Shown: positions 1-7,498 of the stretch, in pieces
How positions within the stretch are numbered: position 1 is the first letter of the stretch
Layout of the letters: each line of letters opens with the position of its first letter
Assembly (NCBI GenBank): GCA_023660035.1
Contig: JAGXOF010000002.1
Location: forward strand, 1 to 38,116
Direction of reading: 5' to 3'
Length of the DNA: 38,116 nucleotides
Origin: Dehalococcoidia bacterium LH_S1
Lineage (GTDB): Bacteria; Chloroflexota; Dehalococcoidia; SZUA-161; SpSt-899
Translations under genes and position numbers: made by a program
The notes under the pieces: generated by a model
Told to the model about the DNA's origin: nothing
Database searches by the model: none
Seen by the model: only the letters and a program-made list of their open reading frames with translations

Positions 1-2
1 TT

Positions 3-86
3 AGAGTCATAGACAATGTGTTCCACATCCAGAACGTAAATGCTTATCACAGCCGCCTAAAAACCTGGATACGCCGATTCAAATGA
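3..86 (+). mobile_element. 3' end of a transposase gene cut by the window edge (IS1595-like? tentative)
   Basis: Frame 3 is open from the window edge and reads RVIDNVFHIQNVNAYHSRLKTWIRRFK* (stop 84-86). The NVNxYHSRLKxW string resembles the C-terminal part of DDE transposases as I remember them. The family call is from memory only. Confidence 0.3.
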
Positions 87-166
87 CAATTTGTTGCATT
101 AGCATTGCGATTTTGGCAACTCTTAGGATGCCCACGCTTACTGGCATGGCTCTGTGGCACGCGGTG

Positions 167-189
167 GAGGGCCCCATTGGGCCTCTTTT
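167..189 (+). terminator. Candidate intrinsic terminator downstream of the transposase fragment
   Basis: GAGGGCCC-CATT-GGGCCTC hairpin (7 bp with one bulge) followed by TTTT at 186-189. Confidence 0.35.
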
Positions 190-369
190 GCATGTGGCAA
201 GTATTCTATATGAGAGTCTTTTAATCCCTATCGGGATTTCCTTGGCAGGGAAACCTGGGAAGGGGACGTGGTTAGCAGATCGGCATTTCTAAAGGGTCAT
301 TAAAGAGGAAGCTTGTTTTGAAGTGAACAGGGACTCGAAGATTGGTTTTCACAAGTCTTCCGGAGTCTA

Positions 370-446
370 TGGTCGGGGTGAGAGGATTTGAACCTCCGAC
401 CACCTGCACCCCATGCAGGTGCGCTACCAGGCTGCGCTACACCCCG
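370..446 (-). tRNA. tRNA-Pro (anticodon GGG)
   Basis: The reverse complement folds as a 77-nt cloverleaf. Acceptor CGGGGTG/CACCCCG, D stem GCGC/GCGC, anticodon stem CCTGC/GCAGG with loop ATGGGGT, T arm GGAGG-TTCAAAT-CCTCT, encoded CCA. Confidence 0.93.
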
Positions 447-467
447 GTCCGTTTGGAGAACGAGATT

Positions 468-497
468 ATACTATCACAGTGATGGTCCAGAAATCAA
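468..497 (-). promoter_or_regulatory. Candidate sigma70 promoter for tRNA-Pro
   Basis: Minus strand reads TTGATT-N18-TAGTAT, overlapping a TATAAT at 465-470, about 20 nt upstream of the tRNA 5' end. Confidence 0.4.
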
Positions 498-681
498 ATA
501 GACTCAAATGCTGTCACGCTGACACACAACCTTACATTCTCTCTGGTCTAGAGGTCCTTCTCCTTTGCCAGGGTCTTTTAGATATGAGCGAGGGCTGAAT
601 ACCAATAAGATAAATAACTTTTAATAATGAGGATATCCAGCCCTCCAGCGGGTTTTGTGTTTGAGTGTCGGGGAGTAGACT

Positions 682-822
682 TTATGCCTTACCGATTCTG
701 AACATCTTAGTCCCACATACAGGACATACACCTTGTGTCGCCGGCCTGCCATTTTTCATGGTGATGAGCTTGGCATTGTTCATCTCCCTCTTTGCCCGAC
801 ACTTTACGCAGTATGCTTGCAT
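682..822 (-). CDS. Small zinc-ribbon protein, DUF5679-like (46 aa); not in the supplied ORF track
   Basis: Minus-strand ATG at 822-820, preceded by AAGGGAGG and an 8-nt spacer. Translation is MQAYCVKCRAKREMNNAKLITMKNGRPATQGVCPVCGTKMFRIGKA* with CxxC...CxxC. The sequence closely matches the short DUF5679 proteins as I recall them. Confidence 0.75.
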   Translation of the reverse strand: MQAYCVKCRAKREMNNAKLITMKNGRPATQGVCPVCGTKMFRIGKA

Positions 823-853
823 TGGATTTACCTCCCTTTCCTTTTTATAGTGG

Positions 854-883
854 AGCATAATACATTCACTATAGGAATGTCAA
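854..883 (-). promoter_or_regulatory. Candidate promoter for the small zinc-ribbon gene
   Basis: Minus strand reads TTGACA (883-878)-N18-TATGCT (859-854). Confidence 0.35.
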
Positions 884-958
884 TACCCCTGACAAAATTC
901 GATGTAGTTTTGAGGTGTTATAGCCTGTTTTTGAAGGGGATTCTCTGGGGTGACTCTG

Positions 959-987
959 TTGACAAAGGGGTCGCCGCTTGGTATCAT
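959..987 (+). promoter_or_regulatory. Candidate sigma70 promoter for the MaoC/lipid gene string
   Basis: TTGACA (959-964)-N17-TATCAT (982-987), about 80 nt upstream of the proposed TTG start at 1069. Confidence 0.45.
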
Positions 988-1068
988 TCAACACAAGTGC
1001 GGTTTGCCCACGTAGCCCAAGTAGAGCTAGCCACTGTAAGGTATTTTCAGAGCTACCAGAGGAGTAAA

Positions 1069-1476
1069 TTGGCTGGTCCTCAAGAGATTAACTATCGGGA
1101 GTTGCAGCCGGGGCATGAGTTCCCCTCAGCGACCTACCGCATTGATGCTTCCACACTTGAAGCTTTTCTCAGAGCGGTGGGGGAGGAAACCAGTCTCTAC
1201 GAGAACCTGGAGATCGTTCCCCCTATGGCAGTGACAGCTTTTGCTATGGCGGCGCTGTCTGAATCCATGTCCTTGCCGTGGGGGTCCATACATGTTTCCC
1301 AGGAAATGGGATTTACAAATGTTGTACGGACCGGAGATGCAATCACGAGCTCTGCCTGGGTGACCAGAAACCATAAACGGGGTAATATGCACCTTTTGGC
1401 TATTGAGCTTAAGGCACTGGACAGTAATGATAATCTGGTACTTACAGGGAGAACTACGTTTGTGTTGCCTGAGTAA
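1069..1476 (+). CDS. MaoC-N-like hot-dog fold protein (non-catalytic partner of a heterodimeric dehydratase, HadA-like)
   Basis: C-terminal 135 codons of ORF 733..1476. I propose the TTG start at 1069, preceded by AGAGGAG and a 4-nt spacer. The longer ORF would overlap the minus-strand gene 682..822 and both promoters. Size and position directly upstream of a catalytic MaoC protein fit a HadAB-type pair. Confidence 0.6.
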   Translation: MAGPQEINYRELQPGHEFPSATYRIDASTLEAFLRAVGEETSLYENLEIVPPMAVTAFAMAALSESMSLPWGSIHVSQEMGFTNVVRTGDAITSSAWVTRNHKRGNMHLLAIELKALDSNDNLVLTGRTTFVLPE

Positions 1477-1508
1477 GCTTCCAGATTAAGGAAGATGAGG
1501 GGGCAGCA

Positions 1509-1955
1509 GTGTATTTGTCTGAGTTGGTTGAGGGGGCGAAATTACCCGAGATAAGGAAATCCATTACGCAGGATAGGATAGATTCCTACGCTCAAGTGAG
1601 TAAGGACTTCAATCCGATCCACATAGACCCTGACTATGCTGCTGGTACGCCCATTGGGGGGACAATCGCGCATGGGATGTTGATCCTGGCTTATGTATCG
1701 CAGATGATGACCAGTGCATTTGAGAGGAATTGGCTTACGAGCGGCAAGCTGAATGTGAGGTTCAGGACTCCTGCGCGTCCTGGAGACACCGTAACAGCCA
1801 GTGGGAAGATCGCCCAAATAAAAGATGATAAGGACGGAAGAGAGGTCACCTGCCACGTATTGTGTGCGAATGAAAGCGGGGACCAGTTAATTACAGGAGA
1901 AGCAAAAGTAAAGGTAGGTAAAGATGAAAATAGCAGTTGGCGCAATGGGCGGTGA
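1509..1955 (+). CDS. MaoC-family (R)-specific enoyl-CoA/ACP hydratase-dehydratase
   Basis: Hydratase-2 motif SKDFNPIHIDPDYAAGTPIGGTIAHG. 148 aa single hot-dog fold, GTG start. Confidence 0.8.
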   Translation: MYLSELVEGAKLPEIRKSITQDRIDSYAQVSKDFNPIHIDPDYAAGTPIGGTIAHGMLILAYVSQMMTSAFERNWLTSGKLNVRFRTPARPGDTVTASGKIAQIKDDKDGREVTCHVLCANESGDQLITGEAKVKVGKDENSSWRNGR

Positions 1956-2226
1956 TTTCGCCCCTGAAGATGTTGTCACGGGGGCAGTTGAAGGTGCGAG
2001 GGAATACGGAGTTGGTATTTATCTTGTTGGCCCGAACGATAGGGTGGAGCCTGAACTGGCAAAGCACGATTCTTCGAACCTGGACATTGACCTCGTGCAT
2101 ACGGAGGAGTATCTTGTTGAAGGAGAGGCACCGGCCTACGCGTTGCGCAAGAAATGTCCTGACGAAATTCGCAGAAGCCTTGTAGCTGTAGAAGATACAT
2201 TGTCATCAACTACTTCCGTAAATTGA
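1924..2226 (+). pseudogene. plsX: plsX (phosphate acyltransferase) 5' remnant
   Basis: MKIAVGAMGGDFAPEDVVTGAVEGAREYGVGIYLVGP...APAYALRKK matches the PlsX N-terminus. The reading frame then degenerates and stops after 100 codons, versus about 330 aa for intact PlsX. Confidence 0.75.
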
Positions 2227-2913
2227 TTACATCAAGCTTTTTGACGCGAGCACGTATCGCCATAGCGTCGACCAGAATGGCCCTGGAGCATGCTCAACTC
2301 GACATATCTGAGGTGGAACCAAGCCGGGTAGGGGTTGTGCTGGCTACGAGTGGAATGGTCTGGGCGATCTCCGAGCAGGGGGAAATGCTTAAAAAGAGAG
2401 GCCCGATGCGGATCGATCCCCTATTTATCAGCCGGATTGCACCAAGCATGGTCTCGGCACAGGTGGGATTAGAGTTCCATGCCAAAGGGCCGAATACCAC
2501 CCTTAACAGTGCCTGCGCCAGCGGCAGCGATGCGTTGGGAACAGCTCTGAATCATATCCGCCTGGGACATGCGGATATCATGAGCTGCAGGGGATCCGAG
2601 ACGAATATCAGTCCGATAGCCATTGCCAGCAATGCACGGATTGGAGCGCTGTCAAAGCAACCTGAGCCTTTGAAGGTATCCAGGCCCTTTGATCTTAATC
2701 GAGACGGATTTGTATTTGCGGAAGGCAATCGCCACTGTTCAAACCCTGCTAAATGGAGTTATCCCACCGACTATCAACTACGAAACGCCGGACCCCGAAT
2801 GTGACCTTGACTATGTTCCTGATAAGGCATGGCAGCAAAAGGTGTATGTGTGTCTGTCCAACTCCTTTGGCATGGGGGGACAGAATTGCACCCTTGTGCT
2901 AAGGGGTATTTAA
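2223..2913 (+). pseudogene. fabF: fabF-type beta-ketoacyl-ACP synthase II remnant (N-terminal truncation, internal deletion plus frameshift)
   Basis: ORF 2223..2804 carries ...KGPNTTLNSACASGSDALG (active-site Cys) ...[16 protein letters not shown]. The frame then breaks at about 2725. The C-terminal motifs [21 protein letters not shown]...[15 protein letters not shown] continue in another frame (ORF 2689..2913). The roughly 130-codon segment holding the catalytic His residues and the first roughly 70 codons are missing. Confidence 0.8.
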
Positions 2914-2933
2914 TACTGTTATAGGGAAGGATT

Positions 2934-3683
2934 ATGAGTGCTAAAGAGCTTGAAGGGAAAGTGTCGCTAGTGACCGGGGGGTCGCGGGGCTTGGGACGGG
3001 CCATTGCGCTCAAGCTGACTGATCTCGGTTCCAAAGTGGCCATCAACTATGTTTCCAATGATGAAGAGGCTGCTAATGTGGGCAAAGCCATCGAGAGTAG
3101 GGGAGGGGAGGCTCTGCTTGTTAAAGCGGATGTGGCAGACTCCAAAGCGGTCAAGAACATGACCCGGGATGTAGCCAAGAACTGGGGCACGATCGATATA
3201 CTGGTTAACAATGCCGGCATCGTTGATGATAACCTGTTACTTCGCATGTCCGATGAGAGCTGGGATAACGTTATCAATACGAATCTCCGTGGTGCATACC
3301 TGTGTACCAGATTTTCCCTGCGCTATATGATGAGCCAGTCCTGGGGTAGGGTGATTAATGTTGCTTCGCTTGCGGGGGTGGTGGGGAATATGGGACAGGC
3401 TAATTACTCCGCTGCCAAGGGCGGGCTCATAGCCTTTACCAAGAGTGTGGCCAGGGAAGTGGGTTCCAGAAACATAACCGCAAACGCCATAGCTCCGGGA
3501 TTTATTACCACTGAGATGACTGAAAAACTCCCACAGGAAACCAGGGAGAATATCCTCGCCCGTATTCCACTGCAACGATTTGGTAACCCTGAGGATGTCG
3601 CGGAACTTGTTGCATTCCTTGCCACCGACCGAGCTTCGTATATAACGACACAGGTGATATGTATTGACGGCGGAGTGATGTGA
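2934..3683 (+). CDS. fabG: 3-oxoacyl-ACP reductase (SDR)
   Basis: TGGSRGLGRAIA Rossmann motif, NNAG, S...YSAAK catalytic signature. 249 aa, apparently intact. Confidence 0.88.
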   Translation: MSAKELEGKVSLVTGGSRGLGRAIALKLTDLGSKVAINYVSNDEEAANVGKAIESRGGEALLVKADVADSKAVKNMTRDVAKNWGTIDILVNNAGIVDDNLLLRMSDESWDNVINTNLRGAYLCTRFSLRYMMSQSWGRVINVASLAGVVGNMGQANYSAAKGGLIAFTKSVAREVGSRNITANAIAPGFITTEMTEKLPQETRENILARIPLQRFGNPEDVAELVAFLATDRASYITTQVICIDGGVM

Positions 3684-3690
3684 ACTGGAG

Positions 3691-4372
3691 GTGAGTGTGT
3701 CCAGAGTAGGCATTGTGACTGACAGCACGAGCTGCTTGCCGCCTGACATGGTGAAGGAATACGACATAAGAATCGTTCCTGCAACCCGTATGATCGATGG
3801 CAAGGCTTACTCGGATCCGGTAGGTTTAACCTCTGATGTGTTCTGGCATCTGTTCAAAGGAGCAAAGGAGATGCCTACCACCGGTGCCATAAGTGCAGGG
3901 GCCTTTGCGGCTACGTTCCTTGAGCTTTCGAAGTCTGTGGATAGTATTCTGTGTATATTTGTCTCCAAGGCGCTTAGTGCAATCAATGAATCGGCGGTAC
4001 AGGCCAGTGAGATGGTGAAGTCCAGAGATTCCAATACGTCCATCGAGATTATCGATAGCAAGACTTCGACGGGGGCAATGGGCTTCCTTGTCATGGAGGC
4101 AGCGCGAGCTGCTCAGGCGGGGTAAGAGCCTCGAGGAGGTGGCGCAGGTGGTACAGGAGATGATCCCGAGGGTGAAATACGTGTTCGTTCTGGATACTCT
4201 CAAGTAAACCCATTCATCTCATGGTTCACTATACGGACAGCTTCGAAGATGGGGAAGAGCTTTGGAACGCTGGCGCTTGCTTTCTACTCCTGAGTTCGTG
4301 TAAAGCGTCATCCATTCAGTATCCTGTAATCTTTTGCCGTTGCAGGTTTTTGAGTTTATTGATAGAATAATC
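3691..4372 (+). pseudogene. DegV-family fatty-acid-binding protein remnant (frameshift, premature stop, internal deletion)
   Basis: VGIVTDSTSCLPPDMVKEYDIRIVP...IEIIDSKTSTGAMGFLV is DegV-like and stops at 4125. KSLEEVAQVVQEMIPRVKYVFVLDTLK* continues in a shifted frame to 4206. A further fragment, IHLMVHYTDSFEDGEEL, lies in a third frame. Confidence 0.7.
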
Positions 4373-4376
4373 GTGC

Positions 4377-4462
4377 GCCGAAGTGGCGGAATGGCAGACG
4401 CGCATGGTTCAGGACTATGTGGGGGCAGCCCCGTGAGGGTTCAAATCCCTCCTTCGGCACCA
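4377..4462 (+). tRNA. tRNA-Leu (anticodon CAG)
   Basis: Acceptor GCCGAAG/CTTCGGC, anticodon loop TTCAGGA, long variable arm TGGGGGCAGCCCCGT, T arm GAGGG-TTCAAAT-CCCTC, encoded CCA. 86 nt. Confidence 0.93.
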
Positions 4463-4470
4463 ATAAGCAA

Positions 4471-4546
4471 GCGCCTGTAGCTCAGTGGATAGAGCGCAGC
4501 CCTGCGGAGGCTGAGGCCGCGGGTTCGAGTCCCGCCGGGCGTGCCA
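4471..4546 (+). tRNA. tRNA-Arg (anticodon GCG)
   Basis: Acceptor GCGCCTG/CGGGCGT, D arm GCTC-AGTGGATA-GAGC, anticodon stem CAGCC/GGCTG with loop CTGCGGA, T arm GCGGG-TTCGAGT-CCCGC, encoded CCA. 76 nt. Confidence 0.9.
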
Positions 4547-4583
4547 GTTCCACCTCAATTTCCTCTCTCTTTTTCCAGAAATC

Positions 4584-4612
4584 TTGACTTCAAGTCCCTC
4601 ATATTGCATACT
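4584..4612 (+). promoter_or_regulatory. Candidate promoter for the SNase-like gene
   Basis: TTGACT (4584-4589)-N17-CATACT (4607-4612). A TCCCCCGGGGGA palindrome (4631-4642) lies just before the GAAAGGAGGG RBS. Confidence 0.3.
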
Positions 4613-4655
4613 TTCGGTCAAAGGCTAATTTCCCCCGGGGGAGAAAGGAGGGACA

Positions 4656-5009
4656 ATGGAACCGAGTTATCGTTATCAGGCTGAACTGGGAAGGGTGGTG
4701 GATGGAGATACTATAGATGCTGTCATCGATCTTGGGTTCTACATCAAGATAACGGAAAGGTTGCGGCTTTCCGGACTCAATACCCCAGAGATATACGGCG
4801 TTCCCGAGGCCTCGGATGAGCACAAGAGGGGAATGGAGGCGAAGTCATATGTGGAGAGAAGGCTTGAGCAAAATAACCATCAGATGATAGTGGAGACGGG
4901 CAAGCGTGGGAAGTGGCGGAGGTGGATAGCCACGGTTTACCTGTCCGATTCCGATGAGAGCCTTAACGAGGAGTTGATAGGGAAGGGGCTCGCGCAGAGC
5001 GTAGAATAG
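4656..5009 (+). CDS. Thermonuclease (SNase)-like small nuclease
   Basis: RVVDGDTIDAVIDLG...LRLSGLNTPE...GKWRRWIATVYL...LNEELIGKGLA follows the staphylococcal-nuclease-like pattern. Strong RBS, 117 aa. Confidence 0.65.
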   Translation: MEPSYRYQAELGRVVDGDTIDAVIDLGFYIKITERLRLSGLNTPEIYGVPEASDEHKRGMEAKSYVERRLEQNNHQMIVETGKRGKWRRWIATVYLSDSDESLNEELIGKGLAQSVE

Positions 5010-5159
5010 GACCAATTCGTGATCATGCCCAACCATATTCACGGCATCATTTGCATTACACCCTCGGCGGGGGCAGACCAATGTGTCTGCCCTGATGGTT
5101 TGGGCGAACACACAGGTTCGCCCCTACAATCTACAATCGCTACAATCGCGGTGTGTTAG
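5010..5159 (+). pseudogene. Fragment of an IS200/RayT-type (Y1, REP-associated) transposase
   Basis: Reads DQFVIMPNHIHGIICITPSAGADQCVCPDGLGEHTGSPLQ...*. The (Y/F)VIMPNH(I/V)HGI and GEHxGSPL strings are typical of the central/C-terminal part of these about 150-180 aa proteins. The N-terminal part is absent. Confidence 0.6.
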
Positions 5160-5228
5160 AATATGATTGTTGTTTGGTTAGACGATTTATGAATTGCCCC
5201 CACGGGGATAAATTTTGAGAGGGGAAAC

Positions 5229-6005
5229 ATGCGCACGCAACTATTGAAAATCCTTGGGATAATCCTGCTGGTTGCTGGGTTAGTAATGATGCTGGTGCCG
5301 GGGGTGGGGGCGGCGAATGGTGGTAGTGTTGCAGACCATGTGGTGATAAGCGAGGTTCAAATAGATAGCATTGATGGATCAGGAGGTACTGGTGATGATT
5401 GGATTGAGCTTTATAACCCAACAGCTAATGAGATTGACCTCACTGATTGGCATCTTGGTAGAGACTCGAATGGTGGAAACTTACTTACTGATAAAATGAA
5501 AATAACTGATGGAACAATACCTAAGAGCGGGTTCTTTTTAGTGGTAAGTGCTAGTGCAAAGACCGAGCTTAAAGACCTTGCTGATGCTGAGTGGTCGGGA
5601 CTAACCTTTGATGCCCACGATGTTCTATATTTGGCAAATGCCGATATCACTGATAGCAATCCTCAGGGCGATCAAGATGTGATTGATATACTTGGATTGG
5701 AAGGATGTGAGCCTTCCACAGATGCAGAAGGGTCGCCTGCTCCTAATCCAGTAGGTGGCGAGAGCATCCAGAGAAAAATGAGCGATACAGAGGATGAAGA
5801 TAGTTATGGCCCTGCCCAGGACACCGATGATAACAGTGCTGATTTCTTCATTCAAAGTGATCCCGATCCCCAGAATTCAGGAAGCTCACCCGAGCCTCCC
5901 GTCCCCAACCTCCCCACCATCACCCTATTCTCCCTTGGCTTGCTTGCCCTTGGCGGATATATTTGGTTCAAACGGCGTCCAAAATTCCGCGGGTGCGATT
6001 CATGA
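5229..6005 (+). CDS. Secreted lamin-tail-domain (LTD) protein with a C-terminal PEP-CTERM-like sorting signal
   Basis: N-terminal signal peptide. LTD signature HVVISEVQ...GDDWIELYNPTANEIDLTDWHL. Acidic low-complexity spacer. The C-terminus SSPEPPVPNLPTITLFSLGLLALGGYIWFKRRPK has the Pro-rich motif, hydrophobic helix and basic cluster. Confidence 0.8.
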   Translation: MRTQLLKILGIILLVAGLVMMLVPGVGAANGGSVADHVVISEVQIDSIDGSGGTGDDWIELYNPTANEIDLTDWHLGRDSNGGNLLTDKMKITDGTIPKSGFFLVVSASAKTELKDLADAEWSGLTFDAHDVLYLANADITDSNPQGDQDVIDILGLEGCEPSTDAEGSPAPNPVGGESIQRKMSDTEDEDSYGPAQDTDDNSADFFIQSDPDPQNSGSSPEPPVPNLPTITLFSLGLLALGGYIWFKRRPKFRGCDS

Positions 6006-6016
6006 ATCGCACCCGC
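5989..6016. repeat. Perfect 28-bp palindrome spanning the LTD gene stop codon
   Basis: GCGGGTGCGATT-CATG-AATCGCACCCGC forms a 12-bp perfect stem with loop CATG and no following U-tract. It lies 14 nt before the exosortase start. Confidence 0.85.
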
Positions 6017-6029
6017 CTCTAATATAAAG

Positions 6030-6857
6030 ATGACCAAAGTGAAACCGGGCGCGTTTATCGGTCCGTTCATCATCCTTGCCTTCCTGATTCTTCTCTATTT
6101 TCCCACCTTCCAGTGGATTGTAAACTCATGGCTTCACTCCAGCTATTACTCACACGGGTTTCTCATCATCCCTATCGCTGCCTTTATTGCCTGGACCCGG
6201 AGAGGTGAACTGAGACAGGCCGCGCCTTCTCGCATTGGTATATGGGTTCTTATTGCGGGTTTGGCCCTCTACGTGAGTGGTGTGCTTTATGCGTCTGACT
6301 TTCTTCGTGCACTATCGTTCTTGGTAGTCATTTCGGGACTCGTACTCTATTTCCGCGGCAGGAAAACCTTCAGGGCCCTTGCCTTTCCTATATGCTTCCT
6401 TATCTTTATGATCCCTTCCCCTTCCTTGGACATGATTGGCTACTGGCTGCAGTCCTTTTCGGCTCAGTCCTCTGCATGGGTCATATCGCAATTTGGTATC
6501 CCTGTAACTAGGACAGGTGCCGAAATCCATCTCGGAAATGCATCATTCGTTGTCGGTATGGCATGTAGCGGTTTGAACAGCTTGATCGCTCTTTTGGCAT
6601 TGGCGGCTCTCTTCGCATATGTCCTCAAGAGGCCATTTGTGAAAAAGGTTGTGCTTTTTGCCTTGTCTGTTCCTGTTGCGCTGTTTGCTAACTTGCTCCG
6701 GTTGGTTACCTTGCTTCTCATAGGTCACCACTGGGGAAGCGACTATGCTACCGGGTTTATGCACACTGCTTTCAGTCCGCTCTTCTTCATCGTCTCTCTG
6801 GTGTGTTTAGTTCTTGTGGCGAGGTTGCTTGGATTGAGATTGTGGAAGGCAGCTTGA
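6030..6857 (+). CDS. Exosortase/archaeosortase-family integral membrane transpeptidase
   Basis: N-terminal YYSHGFLIIPIAAFIAW motif, candidate catalytic Cys in GMACSGLNSLIALLAL, and downstream ANLLRLVTLLLIGHHWG carrying the conserved Arg and His. Polytopic, 275 aa. Confidence 0.8.
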   Translation: MTKVKPGAFIGPFIILAFLILLYFPTFQWIVNSWLHSSYYSHGFLIIPIAAFIAWTRRGELRQAAPSRIGIWVLIAGLALYVSGVLYASDFLRALSFLVVISGLVLYFRGRKTFRALAFPICFLIFMIPSPSLDMIGYWLQSFSAQSSAWVISQFGIPVTRTGAEIHLGNASFVVGMACSGLNSLIALLALAALFAYVLKRPFVKKVVLFALSVPVALFANLLRLVTLLLIGHHWGSDYATGFMHTAFSPLFFIVSLVCLVLVARLLGLRLWKAA

Positions 6858-6862
6858 GTTGA

Positions 6863-7498
6863 TTGATAAGGGGACTTCCATTGAGAGTTGCTAGGATTTA
6901 TAATAATCACGTGCTCTTATTTGCTCATACAGGAATAACTTTAGGGATGGCGTGGGGAGCAGACAAGCTGCGCTCGAGAGGAGTTATATCTTTGGAAGAA
7001 GGTCGAAGTCGGCTTGCCAGTTCTCGGGCTGGTGCTATTACTCGACTGGTTGACTTCCGGCTTGCTTTGGTGGGATCCATGTTGCCGGACATAATAGATA
7101 AGCCTATTGGGATATATATCTTCACCGGAACATTTAGCAACGGCCGCATTTATGCTCATACGCTGCTTTTCTTTCTCGTCCTTTTTCTCATTGGCTTATT
7201 CCGCTACATCCGCGCCGGTGGGATAGGCATGTTGGTCCTGGCCATTTGTTCCGGATTTCACCTTGTTCTGGACCAGATGTGGCTTGAGCCAAAGACATTG
7301 CTATGGCCTTTGTTTGGGTTGACATTTCCAAAGGAGAACCTGGACAACTGGGTGTTAGGGCTATTTGATGCTTTGCAAACGGAGCCTGCCGTTTACATCT
7401 CTGAAATAGTGGGACTATTAATACTCCTTGCATTTGGGATAGAATTGCTCAGGAGCAGGAACCTCCTACATTTCTTGAAAAGTGGGATTGCGAGATGA
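6863..7498 (+). CDS. YdjM/DUF457-like membrane-bound metal-dependent hydrolase
   Basis: Multi-TM protein with FAHTGITLG near the N-terminus and the LPDIIDKPIG motif. The start is uncertain: TTG 6863, or GTG 6911 giving VLLFAHTG. Confidence 0.55.
   Translation: MIRGLPLRVARIYNNHVLLFAHTGITLGMAWGADKLRSRGVISLEEGRSRLASSRAGAITRLVDFRLALVGSMLPDIIDKPIGIYIFTGTFSNGRIYAHTLLFFLVLFLIGLFRYIRAGGIGMLVLAICSGFHLVLDQMWLEPKTLLWPLFGLTFPKENLDNWVLGLFDALQTEPAVYISEIVGLLILLAFGIELLRSRNLLHFLKSGIAR

Noticed and set aside
83-292. 69-aa ORF after the transposase fragment
   Set aside because: No RBS and no recognisable motif. The terminator-like hairpin at 167-189 lies inside it.
733-1068. 5' two-fifths of ORF 733..1476, which would give a 247-aa MaoC-like protein
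   Set aside because: The extension has no hot-dog similarity. It overlaps the well-supported minus-strand zinc-ribbon gene (682..822) and two promoter-like elements. A TTG with a good RBS at 1069 gives the expected ~135-aa size.
3237-3803. 188-aa and 126-aa minus-strand ORFs
   Set aside because: They are antisense to the clearly intact fabG, with no motifs or RBS.
5125-5150. CTACAAT(CG) triple micro-repeat as a REP element
   Set aside because: It is too short and not palindromic, and it lies within the transposase fragment reading frame. It is noted only as part of that fragment.
5794-6073. Short ORFs 5794..6027 (+) and 5852..6073 (-), both containing AGAIHESHP
   Set aside because: Artefact of the 28-bp palindrome, which reads the same on both strands. 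They overlap the LTD and exosortase genes.
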